Both the position numbers and the translations under genes were made by a program. Of a DNA stretch of 64,000 nt, positions 27,311-41,567 are shown one piece after another. The notes beneath the pieces are model-generated. The model was not told where the DNA came from, did no database searches, and saw only the letters and a list, made by a program, of their open reading frames with translations. The DNA comes from Octopus vulgaris (Eukaryota). Position 1 is the stretch's first letter; each line of letters opens with the position of its first letter. Where the stretch lies: positions 47,802,001 through 47,866,000 of the forward strand of contig OX597820.1 in the NCBI GenBank assembly GCA_951406725.2. Reading direction: 5' to 3'.

Positions 27311-28178
27311 AAAATTTCATCCCTACTGCTATTTCAATAATTCTTGTATTATCCTTCATTCTTATGAAACATCTCATAGGAGGAATCTTTTAAAATATGA
27401 GCTGCAAAATTCAATTCACTCCCACAGAAGTTTAAGATTCAAGGAAAAAGTTAAAAAAGTAGAATATAGACATAGAAAATAAAAGAAAAATATAATGAAA
27501 TAAGTTAAAATATAAGTGTATGTTGTTGAATATATGCATTTACCTAATTACAGCGGTATATGTTTGTACAAGCATCTACAAATGAAATTACTCTATTCAG
27601 TGTTCTTGTTAAAACGTGTGTGCATGTATCGTAATACACCTAAGTGCGGGTAACCCGTCTCCTTTATGTTTAATACCATACTAAGCATACGATAATTTAG
27701 GATCTGTTACTCGATAACACTGCTTTGCTGAGTAAAGTATGTTATGATGTTATCTATACTACTAAATATGATTTATAATGGCTAAATTTCCAACAACTAT
27801 TTACAGAACAAGAATTTAACTATTTTCTTCCTTTCTTTTATGAATTTCTCTCTTTTTCTTTCGATTTTGTTTCACTCCTGCAGCTTAAACTGACATAAAA
27901 GTATATTGAATTTTGTAGCTCAGATTAAAAAATTATCTCAGATGAGATAACTCTTACTAATCATATCAATTATTAAAGCCTCCTTAGAAACCGGATTCTG
28001 AATAACCACTGTACCAACAACTTGGATCTGGAGTAAGTCACGCAGCGTGACATCATGGGCAACTAAATTTCTCTTTTTTTAGCTCCGGGCCAGCCCAAAT
28101 CTTGTGAGTGGATTTGGTAAACGGAAACTGAAAGAGGCCTGTCGTATACATACCTACATAAATACATACATACATGCA

Positions 28179-28212
<34 letters not shown>

Positions 28213-28276
28213 CATACATACATACACACATACATATAAATACAGAGGCGCACGCGCGCGCGCACACGCACATATA

Positions 28277-29068
28277 CGAGGTAGTATCAAACATTTCCCG
28301 GACTGGTTCTGTAGCGCATTAAAACACGGCAGCACACAGTTGCGTGCGGAATGAGAGCTAGCAGTGACCTTCATGGGGCAGTGTGCCGAGTGACATCGCT
28401 GTGTCTACTTCGCAAGTTGTGAAATTTGTATTTTTGTGATCATATATACGTTGCAGTCCGTGACTTTGTCATGGACAGGAACAAAGATCCAACTTTAAAT
28501 TTTGTGTGAAACTTAGGAAGTCTGCTACTGAAAGATTGAGCATCATTTGGCAAGTTTACGGTGATGAGGCAAGGGGCCGTATGCACGGGTGTTTCAAAAA
28601 CGGAAGTGCGTTCCTGGAAGTTGATGATCGATCTGGAAGACCTGCCACGCGCGTCATCCCAAGAAATGTGGCATTATGCATCGAGAATTCGCCCCCAGGG
28701 CCAGAGACCGTAATTCGAGAGTTCTACTACGACGTTTCGAAAGGTCTGGAAAATATCTTTTGTCGAAAGTGACCGATTATGTGGAACGCGAAGAACTGGA
28801 TTCTTCACCGATTTCTCGCCACTCGTGAGTTTATTGCCAAAAATTTTTTTAAAATGGTATCGCTTCAGCACCCACCCAACCTGTTCGTCAGATTTAACAC
28901 CTGCGGACTTCCATCTCCTCCCGAAGATAAAAATGCAGCTCAAAGAAGGTTGCCGTTATAACACCGCTCTTGATATCCAGAGTGAATCGCTGAAGGTCCT
29001 CGACTTGCTTACGGAAGACAGCTTCCATGCCGTCTTCCAAAAGTGGCAAGAACGCTGGGACCTGTGCA
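28277..29068 (+). mobile_element. Internally deleted mariner, same family as 1855-3750
   Basis: TA+TIR cgaggtagtatcaaacatttcccggact; FCVKLRKSATE, DDRSGRP, SDLTPADFHLLPKIK, KWQERW. Confidence 0.85.
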
Positions 29069-29085
29069 TATATATATATATAATT

Positions 29086-29706
29086 TTTTAAAATAGTATA
29101 AAATCTTTGTAAGAATTTATCAAGAAGTCAGCGGGAAGAAGCTCATAAGGGAAAAATTCATAATTATTCCCCTTTAAATATATCTATTTATATTAAGGGC
29201 GTAAATGCCTCACGCTATGAGGGACTCTTAAACTCAAAACTACCATAATAAATACAGTGTACCGAACGCGACGGAATGCAACTCTTGAAGCGAACTCTTA
29301 AAAACAGATTCAGCCGCAAATCATATATAATTTCATAGTTAGTGTACAAAATACACCTTCTAATCGTCAGTTCGGGCATAATCAAGACACATAAAAATGA
29401 AGAAAAAATCAACATACCAGAGGAACACCAAATGTATCCAGCATAGTACATAGAGATGTTCATTCTTATATATCTATATAAGAGGCGGGATTTTGGAATT
29501 GCATCTCGGTACACGTGTATATTCAGAATAATTCAGCACTTAATATATTCCGGTTAAATTTGAAATTTAAAAATAGGATGGAATCTTTGTAAGAATTTAT
29601 CAAGTAGTTAGCGTGAAAAAGCTCATAAGGGATGAATACATAATTATTCCCTTTAAATATATTTTTATTTATAGTAAGGGCATTACTACACGTAAATGCC
29701 TCACGC
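29086..29706. repeat. About 130-bp direct repeats (29086-29214, 29567-29706) flanking a 350-bp core
   Basis: aatctttgtaagaatttatcaag...gctcataaggga...cgtaaatgcctcacgc occurs twice. Confidence 0.85.
29314..29376 (-). ncRNA. Degenerate type I hammerhead motif
   Basis: Minus strand CCCGAA-CTGACGA-TTAG aa GGTGTA ttttg TACACT aa CTAT-GAAA-TTATATATGA-TTTGCGG; cleavage triplet damaged. Confidence 0.45.
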
Positions 29707-29775
29707 ACGATTCCCGGACGGGGCGACGTGTTATATTTCTATATACATACATACATACATACATACATACATACA

Positions 29776-29847
<72 letters not shown>

Positions 29848-30017
29848 GCATGTTTACATCCCCGTAACTTAATGTTGCGACGAAAAGAGAAAAATAAAAT
29901 AAGCACGGACTTTAAAAATATAAGTACTATGGTCTGGCGTTTCGACTAAACTCTCCAAGGCCGTAGTCCAATCACTGAAACAAGAATACACACACACACG
30001 CGCGCACATCCACACAC

Positions 30018-30070
<53 letters not shown>

Positions 30071-30141
30071 CAAGAATACGATACACATTCTACGCTTTTA
30101 AAAAAAATAAAAGTTTTTTTTATATATGTGGTTGATCTATA

Positions 30142-31033
30142 CGAGGGGGTACCCAAAAGTAAGCGGAAATGTCCTCTTTGGAATAAGTCCGTTATAGTTC
30201 GGGTTTCCGCCGCTAGAAGCCACTTGATGTAACCCTCAGTCATCAGTATGCCAACCGATGTCATTAGCTGAGATCGTACTGCCACGTGGGGCGTCTTCGT
30301 TTTGCAGTGCTTTTTCCTTGTTCGACGATTTTTGCAATGGCTGAAACGAAGGAACAACGTGCTTCGGTGAAATCCTGTTTTCTGCTGAGAAAGACAACCG
30401 CTGAAGGGCTTGTCATGCTTTAAACATGTTACAAGGACACTACCATGAGCAAAACACAAGTTTACGAGTGGTTTTCACGCTTTAGGAATAGTCCCGTGTC
30501 GCTTGAAGATCAACCTCTTTCAGGGCAATCGTCGACTTCCCAAACGAATGAAAACATCACGAAAATTCATGTATTGATCTTGAAGGACCATCGCCAAACA
30601 TTTGGCGAACTTTTTGATATGAGTGGTGTGCCCTGGAGCTCATGCCAACGAATTTTGAGCGAGGAATCGCAAATGAAAAGAGTTGCAGCAAAATTTGTGT
30701 GTCGCTTGCTCATGGAAGATCAAAAGCAGTCACGATTGAATGCGTGTCGTGAACTGAAAGAAGAGTCGGAATTTGATCCGGACCCTTATTCGAAGATCAT
30801 CACTAGTGCTACGGAATTTGCAGATGTGGAAGTGATGACGAAAAAACCGACGGAGGCATTAAAAGGTTTCACTTCGGAAGAATTCCAGGACTGCTTCGAA
30901 CAGTGAAAACGCATCTGGATCGATATTCTACTTCAAATGAAGAATACTTTGAAGGCGAGGAAAATGTAAATATGTAAAACTAAGTGAATACAATTATATT
31001 GCAAAATTCTGATTCCTTTTGGGTAACCCTTCG
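30142..31033 (+). mobile_element. Mariner with both TIRs and TA TSD, catalytic core deleted
   Basis: TA-cgagggggtacccaaaag ... cttttgggtaacccttcg-TA; MAETKEQRASVK...SKTQVYEWFSRF...AAKFVCRLL...SKIIT. Confidence 0.9.
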
Positions 31034-31097
31034 TATATATTTTATCTGCTGTAATGACGAGATTGTTACACCTTGAATCCTCAGAATTTATGTCTGT

Positions 31098-31466
31098 GAA
31101 GGCGCATAGCCTACAGGCCAAGGTTTTGCACTTACGATCGTCAGATCGTGGGCTCGATTCCCAGACCGAGTGACGTGTTATTTTCTTGAGCAAGACACTT
31201 CATTTAACGTTGCCTTAGAGTTGTGTGAGAACGGGCATGTCTAACTATAGACTCAACGTTTCTTTTGTGCATCGTGAAAGGCAACTAAAAGTGGTTGGGA
31301 CAGGATTTTCACTCCGACGTCGCAAACTCTAGTCAGCAACGACTACCCAACTAGACCCATGGATCTGGAAGGTAGTCGCCTGAGTGGTGCAGAGACGTCA
31401 TCCGCCAGGTGTTGTAAGGAATCGCCAACAAATGGTAGATGGAGTGACGCGCTGTTACAGCGTTTA
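31098..31466 (+). mobile_element. tRNA-head, CORE-like SINE with (TAC)n tail
   Basis: ggctcgattccc B box and ttcttgagcaagacactt; body ends at (tac)n. Confidence 0.55.
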
Positions 31467-31675
<209 letters not shown>

Positions 31676-31949
31676 GGTCTGCTTTCAAGAAAGCTGATCT
31701 ATCTTTAAACCCAATGATAGGAAAAGAATAGAACACTAAAAATAAGAGCAAAAACAGAAGACAGCACGGAAGTATTGTTGGAAGTTTGGTGCTTGTGTAT
31801 GGGCAATTCGTGTGGAATTACATGTGTACATCAATTAGTCGAAGGGGTATTTCAAATGAATACATTAAAATTTGGGATGCAGAATATAAATGGACAAGCT
31901 GGATTTGAATATAGTTTGCGTATATATGTGAGGAAAATGTATCACAGCA

Positions 31950-32055
31950 CACACTGCAAAAGTGACTAAGCAAAAACTGGAGGAACATGAGGGGCTGGAC
32001 GTACTGCCCTACCGTGCCTATAATCCAGATTTTGCACCATCAGTTTACCACCTTG
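31950..32055 (+). mobile_element. Mariner transposase fragment
   Basis: AKVTKQKLEEH...VLPYRAYNPDFAPSVYHL, like HPPYSPDLAPSDYHL. Confidence 0.7.
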
Positions 32056-32069
32056 AAATACGAAAGAGC

Positions 32070-32450
32070 TTTTCACTCAACATAGTATGAAAGCTGACCA
32101 GAAGAGAATTAATGCATTCGAGCTTTGGTGTTGGAGAAAACTTTTACGGATTCCATGGACAGCGATGCTCACCAAACCGAAACTGTCACTGGAAGCTAGA
32201 ATTACCAAGCATAGATTGGAATATTTCGGTCATATTATGCGTAGAAAATCCCTGGAGAAGGACATCATGCTTGAAATGGTCAGTGGAAAGAGATGAAGAA
32301 GCCGATCAAGAACCCGCTGGCTTGACACCATCGAGAGTGACACGGGAATGGCTATAGCCAATCTGAAAGAAGCGACCCAGGGTAGAACTGGCTGGAGAAC
32401 ATTGATCCATCGAGTAATCCGAGAGTCGACTTCGACTGAGCGGATAGATA
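32070..32450 (+). mobile_element. RTE (BovB-like) LINE 3' end
   Basis: RINAFELWCWRKLLRIPWTA...LEYFGHIMRR.SLEKDIML. Confidence 0.9.
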
Positions 32451-32518
32451 AATAGTATGTGTTTGTGTATGTGTGTATGTACAAACACTCACACACGTAT
32501 ATATATATATAAAATTGC

Positions 32519-32550
<32 letters not shown>

Positions 32551-32577
32551 GTATATTTATATATATATATATGTATG

Positions 32578-32629
<52 letters not shown>

Positions 32630-32759
32630 CACGCACACACGCATACACACACATATATATACACATATATATAAATTTATATATATTGTCGTGTATGATA
32701 TTTTGCTTGCGATGGTAGATCAAGCTAGGTTTCTTAAAAAGTTAAGTAAGATTTAAGCA

Positions 32760-33000
32760 GCTTCAGCCATTCAACCATTGAGTCATCTGTTTCAATTTCT
32801 TAGGAATTGCTTGTAGTTTATTTGGAATTTCATGAGAGAGTACTTACCAAATTAAAATTTGAATACATTCCGATTTGCAAGAATTGTGATAGATTTAGGA
32901 GCCATGTTGAATAACTTCAGGCCAATTTAGATAAACATGTTATATATCAGAGATGAACTGTCGAAATGTTCAGGATATATTGCACAAGAAAAAGAAAAAA
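32760..33000 (-). mobile_element. Decayed CR1-group LINE C-terminus
   Basis: GLKLFNMAPKSI...VFK...EIPNK resembles GPRLFN.LP..I...FK..LD..L..IPD. Confidence 0.5.
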
Positions 33001-33423
33001 ATTAGTTTTGTGAACATGCCAGAACAATATAGATATGGAGCCTCAAGAGAGATATTTTGTAGAAATATTATTCAGTTTTTCTTAAAATATGTTTGTAATA
33101 TACCTATATATCTACTCAGCCTATATTAATATGCGTATTCACAGAAACGTAAATGGTTAGATACGTACAGATAGATGACTCTATGTGTGTGTTTGTAGTG
33201 TGTGTAGTGTGTGCATGTGATTGCTTGTGTATGTGGAAGTGTGTATTTATCTTTATCTACTTTTATATACTTAATTCATAAAAGAATCACCAAAGAAGGA
33301 ACACATTCAATGCCGCGAATTATATCGTTCATCATCCGTCTATATGTAGATATGTATGTTTGTAAGTATGTATATATGTATGTATGTATGCATGCATTGC
33401 ATTATATATGCGTACATAATCAA

Positions 33424-33465
<42 letters not shown>

Positions 33466-34108
33466 GTATGAACATATACATGTGTGAGCATACAAACATG
33501 GGTAAAGATGATTTAGCTTTGCCGTAGATAAATACAGAGAAAGCCAATGATAGAACATTATGAATGATATACTTCCTTAATTCTACATCAGTATAGGATA
33601 ACTGATTTATCTATTTAGATTTCAAAGAAAACAACCATACCAAAAAACAAAACAACAACACAACAAATTAAACAGCAACATACCTAATAAAAACATACAT
33701 AAGTAAAATACAAATCACTGCAAAACTTTCCCCATTTGGGACATACACACATATATAAAATATATGTCTCTGTGTACATATGTATGGATATGTATATGTA
33801 CATGCGTTATGCATGTATCTATGTAGATATTCTCATGCCAAGTGTGAATATCATACGCATCATATGCGGTTGTGTTTTGCGTGTTCCCAAAATGATCTGT
33901 TGACCAACATATATTTTGCATTTGTGTATATATATTATCTTGCTGTTTGGTGTATATTATATATATTATTTACTAATATATCTTTTAGTGTGTGTTTTAT
34001 TATCATTCATTTCATTCCTATATTTATAATTCCTTTTCCATGTTATGTTGTTTTGTGTATTCGTCTGAAATTCCATTAGTGAAATCTTGGATTTCAATGA
34101 CATGGCTA

Positions 34109-34143
<35 letters not shown>

Positions 34144-34174
34144 AACACTTATCTAAAAACATATATAAACACAA

Positions 34175-34220
<46 letters not shown>

Positions 34221-34248
34221 TTGTTATGTATATATATATACATACATG

Positions 34249-34306
<58 letters not shown>

Positions 34307-34502
34307 TACATATATACACGTGCACATATATACCCGTGTGTATTTACATACAAACCATATATATATATACATGTATGCATACATATCTATATATGAATAT
34401 CTATCCTGATATATAGATATATAAATGTATATATATATGTATATGTGTGTGTATAAATATGTATGTATGTATATATGCATATATATATATATATGTATGT
34501 AT

Positions 34503-34539
<37 letters not shown>

Positions 34540-34997
34540 AATGCGCATGTATGTATGTAAATGCGTATGACAGTGAGTGCTTATGTATGAGTGTACGTGT
34601 GTGTGTTTAGATGCATCATAGTTGGTATAGAAGACAAGTAGTGTTAAGGATGAATGGGGCACAGGTCACGGTAAAATATATCTTCATATAAATATAAAAT
34701 AATCGTGTATAATTCTTGATAAACTGTTGCAAAATCTAACGTTATACCGGCAACGCAGAGGAAATTTTGTCTCTTTTTACGAAAAGTTTTTATCCACTAT
34801 ACATAGTTCTATATATATACAATTGTATGTGCAGAAATGTATATATATATGTATGTATGCATGTATGTATAGATTATATCTCATATATATATATATATGT
34901 GTGCGTGTGTATATACATATATATATTTACGCATAAGTCTATGTATCGATAGACATACGTATACTAACAAATGTATATTTATATCTATAAACATAGA

Positions 34998-35059
<62 letters not shown>

Positions 35060-35072
35060 TGTATATATATAT

Positions 35073-35424
35073 ATGTGGTAAGTAGCTTGTTTACCAACCA
35101 CATGGTTCCGGATTCAGTCCCACTGCATGGCACCTTGGGCAAGTGTCTTCTACTATAGCCTCAGGCCGACCAAAGCCTTGTGAGTGGATTTGGTAGACGG
35201 AAACTGAAAGAAGCCCGTCGTATATATGTATATATATGCGTGTGTGTGTTTGTTTGACAACCGATGCTGGTGTGTTTATGTCCCCGTTACCTAGCGGTTC
35301 GGCAATAGAGACCGATAGAATAAGTACTGGGCTTACAAAAGAATAAGTCCCGGGGTCGAGTTGCTCGATTAAAGGCGGTGCTCCAGCATGGCCGCAGTCA
35401 AAATGACTGAAACAAGTGAAAGAG
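35073..35424 (+). mobile_element. SINE family B
   Basis: Close match to other B copies. Confidence 0.9.
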
Positions 35425-35732
35425 TATATATATATGTATTTAACACTACACCCACACAGATACACACGCGGAAATATATATGCAGATAGATATTTACACA
35501 GACATTCATCCATTTTTTTATAAATATATGTATACATACATGTATATAAACGTATGTATATCTATATGTAGACATGTGTGTATCTTTGTGTGCGTGTTTG
35601 TGGGTGTGTATGTTCGTGTCAGTGTGTATGTGCGTGTGTGTGTTCATTTGTTAATGTATATGTGTATACTGATAGCGCTTGAAGTTTCGATTTGGAGATA
35701 TTTAATTTGGAATATTGCTGAAAAATCGCTTG

Positions 35733-35852
<120 letters not shown>

Positions 35853-36017
35853 AACAAACACACACACACACACACACAAACACACATATATATGGACATA
35901 TTTATAATGCATGCATATATATATATATATATGTAATTTCAAATATGTAAGTATATATATTTATGGTTTCATATTTGTATATGTGTGTATGTATATCCAT
36001 AGATATATTAACGTACG

Positions 36018-36087
<70 letters not shown>

Positions 36088-36270
36088 GATATGTATATCT
36101 ACATCTATGTAAGCATGTATGCAAGTTGGTACGCATCATATATATATATATATATATATGATGCATTCATATATACAGATTTATATCTATCTGTCTTTCT
36201 GTCTATTAGTCTGTGTGTGTGTATATGTGTGCATATATGTGTGCGTGCGCCCGCGCATGTGTTTGTGTGT

Positions 36271-36320
<50 letters not shown>

Positions 36321-36735
36321 ATGTATATCTCAACAATTGCGTGCATATATATTTACGTTCTCTATCAGCTGTGCTATTCAGATAGAAAAGAACTAAAAAT
36401 GCGTTTACAGTGTATTCTCTTAGCTAAAACCCGCATTTATTAATTTATCTAACTTGTTCCTAGTTCTCGGAGTTCCTCTCGCGAGAGTTTCGAAAACACT
36501 TTAGCGAAAACAGAGGCAGGATATAATAAGCCGTAATCGGATAATATCTCTGTTGATGTGTCCATAAATCTTTGACTGGTTATTGAAAATGGAATTTTAT
36601 TCATTTCTTTTTATGGTGTTTGCTTATATATATTTGTATGTGTATGTATGAAGTGGGAGTTCTATGTATGTTTTGTGTCGCCTTTGGAGAGTAACAATTT
36701 GTATGGATTAATAACTTTGCAATATGTATGTTTGA

Positions 36736-36781
<46 letters not shown>

Positions 36782-36839
36782 CTTATAAGTATATAAATAA
36801 TTTTGTAGTTCTCTAGTTCTCTAGAATATTTCAATGCGG

Positions 36840-37013
<174 letters not shown>

Positions 37014-37411
37014 GTACACTCACACAACCGAACTCAAAGCGGTATGGCATCGTAATTATGAATTTTGTCTCGTAACTACATGCCACTGGGTTCATTCCCG
37101 TTGCACGGCGCCTTTGGTATCAGGCCAATATCTTGTGATTTGTTATGCTGACCGAAAACTGTGCGAATGCCTGTTGTTGTATATGTATGCATGTGTATGT
37201 GTGCGTGTGTGTGTGTGATTATGTGTTCGTATGATATGTGTGTTAAATATATACATACTAGTTAAATCAGCAAAACTGCTCTCTAGTCTTATTTTATCTT
37301 TGTACCCTCTCTGTTCCTCTTTCCTCTCTCTATCTCTCTTTTGCTGTATGCATACATACACACACAAACACACACACATGGGTATACACAGACACGTACA
37401 TATATTTGTAT

Positions 37412-37611
37412 TTATTATTTCTTTATTGCCCACAAGGGGCTAAACATAGAAGGGACAAACAAGGACAGTGCGTAATTGGTACTTAATTTATCGACCCCGA
37501 AAGGATGAAAGCTAAATTCGACCTCGGCGGAATTTGAACTCACAACGTAATGACAGACAAAATACCGCTAAGCATTTCGCCCGGCGTGCTAACGTTTCTG
37601 CCAGCTCGCCA
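37412..37611 (-). mobile_element. SINE family C
   Basis: Reverse complement of ggcgagctggcagaa.cgttagcacgccgggcgaaatgcttagc... Confidence 0.85.
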
Positions 37612-38139
37612 AATATTTTTGTATTTATAAAGTATTAAACACTTTCGATATGCAAATTAGGGACCCCATCATAGAGTAACTGCTGCATTTGTTCAGTATA
37701 TAAACAGTTTGGATGCTTGCTCCTTTGGAGTTTCTCAAAGGGATGAGGGCGCCTCTGAAGAGAAACCAATAAGATTAGAAAATCGATTAAGGTTATTTAT
37801 AATTTTTTTTCAATCTGCGGAGAAATGGCTAAAATTTGCCCTTTTTATACCATATGTTACGTGTACATTCTCTCATACCTTGATACTGTGTGGACTAAGA
37901 TTATATCGTATGTTATGTATATATATATATATTAATATATATAAACTATACATTAGTTTCGCAAATTGTTCGTGGTATGTGGGGTGGGTTATAGTAGATA
38001 AATACATAATGTTTTCGTTTCCTTAAATAAAAAAAAATCTGCTGTTTTGGGAAATAGGCATTAAAAATTTTTAATTTTTCTTTTTCTTCTTATCCTTTCT
38101 GTCAGGAGAAAAAATCATGTTTTTTTTTCTCCTTTGAAT

Positions 38140-38450
38140 GCGAATGGCTCAGTGGTTAGAGCATCGGGGCCACAATCATGGGGTAGTGAGTTCGGTTCCT
38201 GGACAGCTCTGTATGTTGTGTTGTTGAGCAAGACACCTTTTGATTTCACGTTGTTCCGGTTCACTCAACTGTAGAAATGAGTTGCGACGTCACTAGTGCC
38301 AAGCTCTATCAGCCTTTGCCATTCCCTTGGTGGTTTGGAGAAAGGAAGCTGGTATGCATGGGCGACTGATGGTTCTCCATAAACAAACTTGCCAGGACTT
38401 GTAACTCTTTGTAGGTGCATTCATGACCGAATGGGTCTTTACACTTTACA
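38140..38450 (+). mobile_element. SINE family D
   Basis: A box tggctcagtggttaga, B box gagttcggttcc; homologous to 7678-8020. Confidence 0.85.
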
Positions 38451-39162
38451 GTGTATGATATAGATAGAACTGGGATCTATAGGGAATGCTTGCAACGGAA
38501 TGAACTTCACTAAAGTCACTCCGGGTGCCAGTGAGAATGCTTTAGCATTATTTGTTGTGGTGATGGAGGTGGTGTTGGTCCTCCTCCTCCTCCTCCTCCT
38601 CCTCATACGTCGTCAACTGACATATATACGATCCCTCATACGTTGTCTTCGACGGGAGAGTCAGTTGCACACACACTCTCTCTCCCTCTCTCTCACACAC
38701 ACGTATATGTACGCGGGCGTGTGCTTGTGTGTGACTCTGTGTGTGTGTGTACAATGGATTCTCCCGTCGAAGACGACGTACGAGTGATCAGCTTGTGTAT
38801 GTGTGTGTGTGTGTGCGCGCGCGCGCGTGCGATGTGTGCCTTTAAGCTTCCGCCTTCTAAATCCACTCATCAGACGTGCCCCCTGTAGCAGAAAGTACTT
38901 CCTCTAAGTACTCCGCAGATGAAATGAATGCGAAAGTGAAATTCTCACCCACACTGCCATGCCTGCATCTTTTTGAAATTAAATCTCCCCAACTTCCATG
39001 GACACATCGAAGGGTTCTTGTGAAATCTTATTTCTAGCTGCATAACACAGCGAAGATAATTTTTCACTTAGAGTCTTATCTTCACACGTTCTCTCAGTTA
39101 TCTGACCTAAAGAAAATTTCTGTTTCTTTACCTTCAAACACTTCTTGCCGTTCCTTGACATT

Positions 39163-39325
39163 TGAAGGTGGTGTCAAAAATTTCCCGGACTAGTTATGTT
39201 TAATAAACCAAAAAGACAAAAACAAAAATCTTATTTACCCAAGTTTTAACATCATCTCCTTCGAAATAGTTACCTTGTGCAACAATACACTTGTCCTGCT
39301 CCCTTTGGAATCCAGCCTGGAAGGC
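39163..39325 (-). mobile_element. Mariner 3' end, family of 1855/28277
   Basis: TIR gtcaaaaatttcccggact; KCIVAQGNYFEGD. Confidence 0.8.
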
Positions 39326-39439
39326 GGGAGTGAGTGAGTTAGCTAACTTTAAGTACATACATTTGATCACTACAAATAGATCATTTGTGTAGGTCATTTG
39401 GCAAAAACTTAACATTCATACGACGTCCTCGACATCCAT

Positions 39440-39479
<40 letters not shown>

Positions 39480-39568
39480 ATAATATATATATATATATAT
39501 AAAACAAGTCTTTTAAACGCTCTTCAACAGAAAGATACACAGAAACAAGGAAAAAAAAAGGAGAATAA

Positions 39569-39608
<40 letters not shown>

Positions 39609-40447
39609 TTCTTTGGTTCAACTTATTGTCTATGGTTGGTTCTTTATTTCGTTAACCTTGAAACGATGAAGATTAAAGATACTTCAGTAGAATTTGATCT
39701 GAGATTGCAAATTTTCAGAAGTGAAGATTCTTTTCTCATTCATTGATTCTCTAAAAGTCTCTACAAATTCACTTTACTGGGTTAATCTTGAGGGCTGAAA
39801 AATAGGGATCAGTTGGGGATAGTTTAATTTTTGCGTTGGGATGTCATGGATAATTAAGTACCAATTGTAGCAAAATTCCTTAAGTGCAACAGCATTTTAT
39901 TAATCGAAATATCGAACAAGAAAGCGTTATATATGCAAATCAGTCTGTTCGATTTTGTTACGTCTTTACCAGAAGCAAGGAATATTGGATGATTTAGTAT
40001 TTAGTCATAGACATACTGTTTGAAGAAAAGACAGTATAGTCACGGACGTATCGTCTTTGATTATAGGTTAACTGGACCAGGACACATTTCGAGCTGAACT
40101 GCAACAATCAATAACTATAAAAATAGGGTTTGGGAAGGGATGGGGCCGAAGGATTGAATTGCTGAACGCAACAGTGATAGGGAATAGTTTATGAGCCATG
40201 AGGCGTCGTTAGTTAAGTCAATCGACGCAAGATTCTAAATAATGACAGAAAGGAATAAAATGAAATATTACAATGTAATTTAGTATCGTGCTTGAATTTG
40301 TCTGTAAACACCTTGTTATCTTTCCATCTGGTCTGTCTTTCCATATATTAAGATGATTATCTCAAAACTCACGTATGCAACGTCATACGCAAATGTACAC
40401 ACGCACGCACACACATACACAGACACACAGACACACACACACACACA

Positions 40448-40491
<44 letters not shown>

Positions 40492-40636
40492 ACATACACA
40501 TAGGCATACACCTCGCACACACAATCATACAGAAATATAGCGATTCATAAACGTCATCTATATGTATGTATATATGTATGGATGTATGTAAGTATATAGG
40601 TATGGATGTATTTATGCATATATATCTATGTATATA

Positions 40637-40701
<65 letters not shown>

Positions 40702-40917
40702 GTATATTTAAGTATGTATTTATGTATGGCTATACGAATGCATGTATGAATGTAAGCATAACTGTTTATGTGTGTGTTGAAACACAGACACGGAGGCTCA
40801 CGCGCGAACACAAACTCATGTCAGTACGTATCGATATATCTTCGTTTGTCTCTACTCGACTCTCTATCGGTCTGGCCCTCAATCTCTTTTTGTCTGTCTG
40901 TCTTCTCTGTCTACCTA

Positions 40918-41057
<140 letters not shown>

Positions 41058-41075
41058 CACGCGCACACACATACA

Positions 41076-41149
<74 letters not shown>

Positions 41150-41567
41150 GAGATAGTGAGAGAGAGATACATAAATTGGTAAATATATATTTGTGTGTGC
41201 ACGCATATTTATGTACATACGTATACACACACACATGCATACACATACATGTGCACTGTGGAAATTGAGCGAAAATAATCTTACAACAGAAGATCCGTAG
41301 GTGTCCTTATCACATAGAATCTTCTATGCTCCATGGACACTAGTGTCATGTTGAAAGAATCCTAAAATTTATGAGCTTTGGATCTACTGCATTGCAGTAT
41401 GTTTCGTGCGTTAACTGCTTCGCATATGATCGAAATGATAATATTATGGTAAGAAAATTATTTACATAAAGAATGCGACTAATAAATAAACGAGATTTTT
41501 TTCTTTTTTATGAATTTCTCAGCTGAAAAATTACCATTTATTATACACTCGTATTTCAATTCTTTAA

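Noticed and set aside
36464-36535. Plus-strand exon-like segment (CTAAC branch point, AG, SRSSSRESFENTLAK...)
   Set aside because: Weak donor, in-frame stop and no recognisable homology; similar weak candidates at about 3930-4015, 41285-41361 and 58780-58890 are also unsupported
37754-37770. CTGAAGAGAAA hammerhead-like core
   Set aside because: No stem II, stem III or NUH
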